Assembly: GCA_964187785.1 (NCBI GenBank)
Contig: OZ076421.1
Span: 46,748,001 to 46,812,000, forward strand
Direction: 5' to 3'
DNA from: Amphiscolops sp. MND2022
Taxonomy: Eukaryota
Length of the DNA: 64,000 nucleotides
Shown: piece after piece, positions 58,101 through 64,000 of the stretch
Numbering within the stretch: the first letter of the stretch is position 1
Layout: every line of letters begins with the position of its first letter
The notes under the pieces: model-generated
The model's database searches: none
Told to the model about the DNA's origin: nothing
The model's input: the letters and a program-made list of their open reading frames with translations, nothing else
Program-made: the position numbers and the translations under genes

Positions 58101-60960
58101 TTTTCAACTCTTCAGGCGTGTTTGTGGCGATTCCAATGTCGTCCACGTATTGGGCGCATTTATCCGCCTTTATGGCTTTGTCCAGATACTCCCTCATGAA
58201 ACTTGAGAAGGATGACAGTGAGCGGCTCAGTCCTTGGGCCAGCCTGAGGTACGCGAACGTCCTGCTGGCGAAGTTGAAAGCTAGGAGTTGGACTGACTTC
58301 TGGTCTGCCATCTGCAGTACGTGATAAGCTTGTGAGCAATCAAGCTTACAAAACAACTTCTTGCCAGCGAGGTGTTGTGCCGCGTCCGTGAGGGTGCTGA
58401 CCGGATGATTGTTATTGATGTAATCATCGGAAATCAGGTTGTTGATCTTTCTGAGATCTACTAGGAGCCGTAGGCGGCCGTTCGGCTTTCGTTGAGCGAA
58501 AATCGGGCTGGCATACTTGCTGAACGGGAGGGTTGTTATAATCCCGAAGTAATGCATTAATGCCAGTTCCACCGTCAAGTCCTCTTTCAAGTTAATGGTG
58601 CAAGGCAGGCTTTGCGAGTAGACTGGGTCGTCTGTTTTTGGCGTGAGCTTGATTTTAAAGTCGTGGTTGATTCCGATGTCTAGTCGGTGCCTCGCGAAAA
58701 TGTCATTGAACTCTATCAAGATTTCCTCAATGTCGTTTTGGTCATTTTCTGTTAATTGGGAATCATCCCATTTAAAGTTTTTGAGGAATGCCTCTCGGTC
58801 TTCAGCATTGTTATTGGGGTCCAGTTTCTGGATCTCTTCCAGTTCCTTGATTTCCCTCAGTATTCTGCTTTGAATCGGCGTGTGGGTATTAGGGTCGCCA
58901 GGATTGTCTGGTGTGGGGAACCAAAAGTTTTGACTCTGGGAAGGTTGGTCCGAAGTTTTCAGGAGTTCGTTGATGTATAGTATCGCATCTTCTGAATCAT
59001 CCTCCGTGAGCACTTTTAGTGCTGCGGTGTTGAGCGGTTTGAGCTCTTTGGCTTCTTCGGGCGACATAATTTTGAATTCAGCAACCGTCGTGTTCTTTTT
59101 TATTGTGTAGGGTGTGGGGGTAGTGTTGGTCACCCTTACCTCAATTTTCCTGTTGGAGGCTGTAGATATTGAGCTGGCTACTACTAGGGGGTCACCGCTA
59201 CAATGGTTGGTAGCTGGGTTGATGACACCGGTTGTGCCGATGGTAGACGTTATGTCTGTGTAGGCGGTGATTGTCTGGGTTGTTTCAGGAGGAATGGTGA
59301 TTGGATTCTTTACTTGTACTTTGTACATCTTTCGGTTGCGGGTGTACTCGTCGGTTTCAATTGAGTACGTTAGATGGGGGAAGTGGAGTAGGCCTTGGCT
59401 TACATCCAGAATGGCGCTGTTGTTTTTCAGGAATGTGAGGCCAAGTATTGGGCCTGTCAGTCGTTTTGCAACAATGAACGTCTCTTTGAAATTCCAGTCC
59501 CCTATTTCAAATTGGAGGATTATTGTTTTGGTGGGGGCTTCAATGTCGCCGTTTGCGACTTGGAGTTTGAACGGGGGTGGTTCCATTTCTTTGACTATGT
59601 CCTTGGGGGACATCTGAAGGATTTTGTTGTAATCGGTTTCGGAGATGCAGTTGACCAGCGCTCCAGAGTCAATGAGGGCGTCCAGGGTCAGGTCCTGGAA
59701 GTCCATTGGGGCGAATAGCATCTTCTTCTTTTTCTTAAGAGTCACCGCTGAGAAGATTGGGATGCATTCCTCTTTGGTGATTGGGTCTCTTGTGAGGTAT
59801 TCTGCAATCTGCGCCAGGGGGTAGGACTGGGGTTCGTCCTGGGTTGGTGTGTCGTTTACAGCACCTGAGGGGGATTCAGATTGCATGTTGGTTGCGGCAA
59901 TCGTAATTGGACGAGGGTTCTCGGTCTCATTTTCGGACTGCCTGGTGTTAGAAGAGAGGGGGGCTCGTGTCCCTCTGCCTGAATGATCTTGATTCGGGTA
60001 TTCTGCAGCCTGTTCGTTGGGGTAGGACCTAGGTACGTCCTGGGGTGGTGTGCTGTTTGCATCACCGGGTAGGGATTCAGACTGCATGTTCGTTTCGTCA
60101 GTCGTAATGGGTCGAGGGTCCTCGACTTCATTTGCGGACTGACTTCTTGGGGAGGAGAGTGAGGACGACGCCTCGTTGTAGGAGAGAGGCTCTAGGAGTA
60201 GAGACCTTTTTATTCTCCTTGTTTGCGGTGTGGAGATTGTTATCTCCGTGTTTGTTGTGGTTTGGGTCAGGTCCACGGCTTCAGTCGTGGTCCTGCCGGT
60301 GAGATTTTCATTTTGGTGGCAGTCGGGTGCCACGTCCATTGTTGGGGATCGTATTCTTCCGGCTCTGATTGGGTTAACTGGTTGGTTTTTTGGTGGCGAT
60401 TGTGGAGCCGTTGTTTGTGATCCGTGATCTTTGAGTATGGACTTGGGTTTGTTAGTCGACTCGTCGACTATTATTTCTGTCACTTGTTCCGCGTCCTGGT
60501 CATATTCTGGGACTGGTTGGACGGTCTTCGGTCTGTGACGTGGTTCTGTCGAGATATTCATCCCAGTTTTCTTGATAAATTCCTCAAATGGCGTACACTC
60601 TCGTTGTTTAAAGGTTAGAGTCGTTTGGTCGTAGATTTTGGGATTGTGGTAGGGGTCACAGTTGTAGTCAGGGTCATGTATGTAGGTTTCAGGGGCAGTA
60701 CTTTCGGGTAGTGGTCGTTTTGGGGTACTGTAGTCGGTTGGGTTGTCAAGGTACCATTGGGGGTAGTCCTTTTTAGTCATGTTTTGTCTATTTTGTTTGT
60801 TGAGCTTGTGAATCTGCCATCTTCGCTGCCAGTCGAGAGATGGTTCTTCATGTCGCTCGTCATTTTCTTCGTGGTCGTAGGTATTTGGGGGTTCTGATGT
60901 TGTGAAATGTCGGGTTTCGACAATCTCCCCAAACTGAAGATGTGGCAAAGCTAGTTTTTT
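55180..60960 (-). pseudogene. pol of element E (PR-RT-RH-IN), lightly disrupted
   Basis: LIDSGA, YVDD, MTDAN and TDNKS, HHHHGKYGRH...CMEC, QMDIV, TDKGS, LERTH, WTGPY; frameshifts near 57800 and 56090 and an in-frame stop at 57113-57115. Confidence 0.95.
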
Positions 60961-62513
60961 GACTGGGTTTGGTTTTGAGGTTGAGTTTGAGGTTGGGTAG
61001 TCACTTGCGCGGGAGGTATGAATCCCATGTGGCCAGTTGTCTGGTTGTGGTACTGAGTTTGGGTTTGGGGTTGGGTTGTCATTGAAAGAGGAGGTAGGTA
61101 GCCCATTTGGCTGGTTGCTTGATTTTGATATGGCGGTTGGGTCACTGGTAAATTGGTTTTGGCATACTGACCTTGTGACTGTGGTGGTAGCGGTATGCTG
61201 TTTGAGGACGTAGCCTTGGGGGTTTTCCACCATTGTGGTCGATTTGCCCAGTTGGCGCCTGAGTAGCATTCTTCAGTTGTGTGGCTTTTCTTGCCACAGG
61301 TTTCGCATGGGTCAACTATTTTGTTGGGCACTCTGTTACCCCGATTGCGAGCTTCGCGGGCTACTTTTCTGCAATTTTTGACAACATGGCCGGATTGTCC
61401 ACATCCGTAGCATGGTCCTGACGGTTTGGGGGGGTTCGGAGCTTGTTGTGGGTCTTGCACGTCAATTTGGTGCACTCCTGTTATGTTGCTCTCGTTTGGT
61501 GCCAACAGTCCGTTTAGCTCCATCTCTCTTTCTAGGTGTTCGACCATCATTTCGTACGATTCAGTTTCTAACCTTGCCTGGTTTAGCACTCGTTTTAGGT
61601 GGGTTGGCATTTTGGCGTAGAAGGAGGTCTCAATGAACTTGGGGGCGTCATCTCCGTATGCTTCTTGGGCCAGTTTTTGATACTGCTCCAAGAAATCTTG
61701 AAAAGTTTGTTGGGATGGGTCAAAATAGAGCTGATTCCATTTGCAGCGGGCTGTTGCGATAGATTGGGGGCGGACATATCGTCGTCTGAAGGTTGCTATG
61801 ATGTCCTCCAGGCTGGCACGGTTTGTGTCGGTCATATTGCGGTATGTCTGCAGGGCGTCATCCCTGAGTAAGGAATGAAAATAGTGTATTTTCTCTTCTT
61901 CGGATATGTTGGGATACACTTTGAGGCTAGTCATAAAAAGGTCTTCGAAGTGTTCAAACTTGTCATTTTTACCTTTGAAAGTAGGTATTGTTGTTGACAT
62001 CGCTTTTGGCAGTCTAGGGAGCCCGATATTTTGTTGGGTTACGTTCTTTAGCGATTCTAGTAGCTTTTCCACTATGTGGTCCGGGTATTTCTGGTTGGGG
62101 GGCGGTAGGCTTGATGATCGGGGCGGCACTTCTGTTTGGGGGAACACTCCTGTCACCATGTGTTGACCCTGCGATGGGTGCAACTCGTTCAGTGTGAATA
62201 GCCTTGATGTTGAGGCTTGATTTTCGATCTCGTCGGGATCTGAGGCGAGGTTTTCTCTATTGGGCGGCTGACCGGACAGTGAATCTATTTTTGAGGACAA
62301 ATTCTCGATCATTTTTAAAATCTCCCTTTGTCCGACTTCAGTATCTTTTATCCTTCTGGTCACTGACTTTTCAATTTTCTTAGACAGCTCAGAGAAGTCT
62401 CGGTCGGAAATACTGGGAACGTTTTCAGTTCTCAAACTGGTTGCTTCAGGCTCGCCTAGTGAACTAGTCACTGAATCTCTCCTGGCTTTCCTTTTAGAGG
62501 ATCTTTCAGGCAT
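60951..62513 (-). CDS. Gag of element E, 520 aa
   Basis: FKGKNDKFEHFEDLF...KIHYFHSLL...RRRYVRPQSIATARCKW; zinc knuckles CYGCGQSGHVVKNC and CETCGKKSHTTEEC. Confidence 0.93.
   Translation of the reverse strand: MPERSSKRKARRDSVTSSLGEPEATSLRTENVPSISDRDFSELSKKIEKSVTRRIKDTEVGQREILKMIENLSSKIDSLSGQPPNRENLASDPDEIENQASTSRLFTLNELHPSQGQHMVTGVFPQTEVPPRSSSLPPPNQKYPDHIVEKLLESLKNVTQQNIGLPRLPKAMSTTIPTFKGKNDKFEHFEDLFMTSLKVYPNISEEEKIHYFHSLLRDDALQTYRNMTDTNRASLEDIIATFRRRYVRPQSIATARCKWNQLYFDPSQQTFQDFLEQYQKLAQEAYGDDAPKFIETSFYAKMPTHLKRVLNQARLETESYEMMVEHLEREMELNGLLAPNESNITGVHQIDVQDPQQAPNPPKPSGPCYGCGQSGHVVKNCRKVAREARNRGNRVPNKIVDPCETCGKKSHTTEECYSGANWANRPQWWKTPKATSSNSIPLPPQSQGQYAKTNLPVTQPPYQNQATSQMGYLPPLSMTTQPQTQTQYHNQTTGHMGFIPPAQVTTQPQTQPQNQTQSKN
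60954..60960 (-). promoter_or_regulatory. -1 ribosomal frameshift heptamer A AAA AAC (gag to pol)
   Basis: Directly before the gag TAG; pol is in the -1 frame and reads KKLALPHLQ. Confidence 0.82.
62145..62158 (-). promoter_or_regulatory. Primer-binding site of element E (tRNA-Leu-like)
   Basis: TGGTGACAGGAGTG directly after the LTR-terminal CA; the 3' LTR copy ends at exactly this junction (47984). Confidence 0.8.
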
Positions 62514-64000
62514 TTTCCAGGTTTGAGATTTGTAAGCTCGAGATTATCCAACGAGAAGATGAGGAAAAGGTTGAGATTTTTAATCTTCAATTGTATTTTT
62601 CAAAGTGAAAAGCAAAGTTGTTTTACAACGAGCGATTATTGAATTTCAAGATTCTAACAAAATTGTCAAATTATCAACTTGTTGAAATTATCAAGACTAT
62701 TTCTCACTGCAATTATTCAATTTTTCAAAGTATATATACTTTCCGCCGGCGTGAAGCGGGGAAAAACCGCACCACCTTCACACTTCATTCAGCCCGGCGT
62801 CCCTTCAAGGCGGGGAAACAGGAAGTTCAGTTCCGCTTTGTCGCACTCAGACTTTCAGCTTGTTCATGCTTTCCGGGGAAAGCACGCGTCCACTTCCTGT
62901 CTGAGTTGCGACTCCGCTTCCCTTCACCTCCAACTCCCGCCTTTTCAAGACGCCGATACTGAGCAAAGTGTGAAAAAATTAATCACTGCGCACGCCCAAA
63001 GAGCGAAATGATCTAACAAAACAACAAATTGGAAATTGGGAAAATGAGAATTTCCCGAATTAATTTGGTTCAAATATTGCACAGCGAGATGATTATTTAA
63101 TAAGAAATATAAATTAGCTCATAAAGTTCACTCATGAGAGCTTAAAAATCACAAATTCGAGTATAAATGGGAAAGCTCGGTCCCAGGCTGAGGTCTGGAA
63201 CGGTTGAGGCAAAATAAAATCATTTCCCGAAAAATAATGATTAATTATATCAACAACAAACAATTCAGTGATTAGAATCAACTCGAAAATACGGTTCGAG
63301 TCTCTTCCCAATCTAGTTGAGTGGAAATTGACTCTAAACAAGGCAACACAAATCATTTATGGAGATTAAACAAATTAAATCGAACATTTAATCCCAGGCC
63401 AAGGTCTGGGCCGCTGCTTGGCGTTCTCAAATTAAATACTGCATTTACATGGTTAAAATCATCATACATTGCATGCAATCAATCATTATCGCTTACTGTT
63501 GTATGTGTTACGTCACTGCTCCCTCGCGAGAGCGGAGAAATGGTTAGGGGGATCGATATTTTCAATTCCAGGATGGATTTGGTCAGAATAGATTTCAGGC
63601 CGTGTCTCAGGCCGCGGTCTACTTCATTTAGCACTTGAACATGGTTTATCTGTAAAAATAGCATCATACTTCATTCTTTATCTTCAGGCATCTTTTGAGA
63701 TTGCAGGCATTGATTGGTAGGCTCATTAGGAGCAGAAAAGATCACTATTAACATTAACAATTTCCATTTCTACAATGGATTTTATAGATTTACATTTCAG
63801 GCCATGTCCTGGGCCGCAGTATATCGGTATTTCAAAGTTAGCTCCAATACTTGTTTATATGGACAATTACATGTATAACGTTGTTCTAATACTCGTTTAG
63901 CGCATCAACAGGTTTACATGTATTCACAAAATAGCATAATTAGTGTTAGAGATTGATTCGTAGCACTTTCATTCTCAGGCCACTCGCCAGGCCACCGCTT
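62159..64000 (-). repeat. 5' LTR of element E (partial, continues beyond the window), containing the first 118 gag codons
   Basis: About 99.4% identical to 47984-49825 by manual count. Confidence 0.95.

Larger units (their letters stand above)
47984..64000 (-). mobile_element. Element E: Ty3/Gypsy LTR retrotransposon related to C, extending beyond the window
   Basis: Direct repeats 47984-49825 and 62159-64000 at constant offset 14175; PBS, gag, pol and antisense gene. Confidence 0.93.

Overview
Eukaryotic (animal-like, intron-containing) DNA made up almost entirely of LTR retrotransposons; no host gene is supported. Element A (1686-16451, minus) is a very young Ty3/Gypsy element with 722-bp LTRs differing at one base. 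Its single intact 2998-aa Gag-Pol has a duplicated protease and ends in two TARG1/OARD1-like macrodomains. Element B (~19.8-29.6 kb, minus) is a decayed Gypsy element with a chuvirus-G-like (class III) env. It is followed by a structured tandem-repeat array, an assembly gap, a tRNA-like sequence and a BEL/Pao gag remnant. Element C (32913-47983, plus) sits in that remnant, and related element E (47984 to beyond 64000, minus) sits in the 3' LTR of C. C and E share an unusual plan: gag starts inside the LTR and reads through the PBS; pol follows by a -1 frameshift; then comes an antisense, intron-containing gene for a BED-finger, apparently catalytically dead hAT-transposase-like protein; then a small sense ORF overlapping the 3' LTR. 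In E the antisense gene splices cleanly into 5 exons and 1127 aa. This cassette, possibly acting on a CAGGCC repeat array in the LTR, is the best candidate for an undescribed system. All family assignments are by-eye motif recognition; no database search was run.
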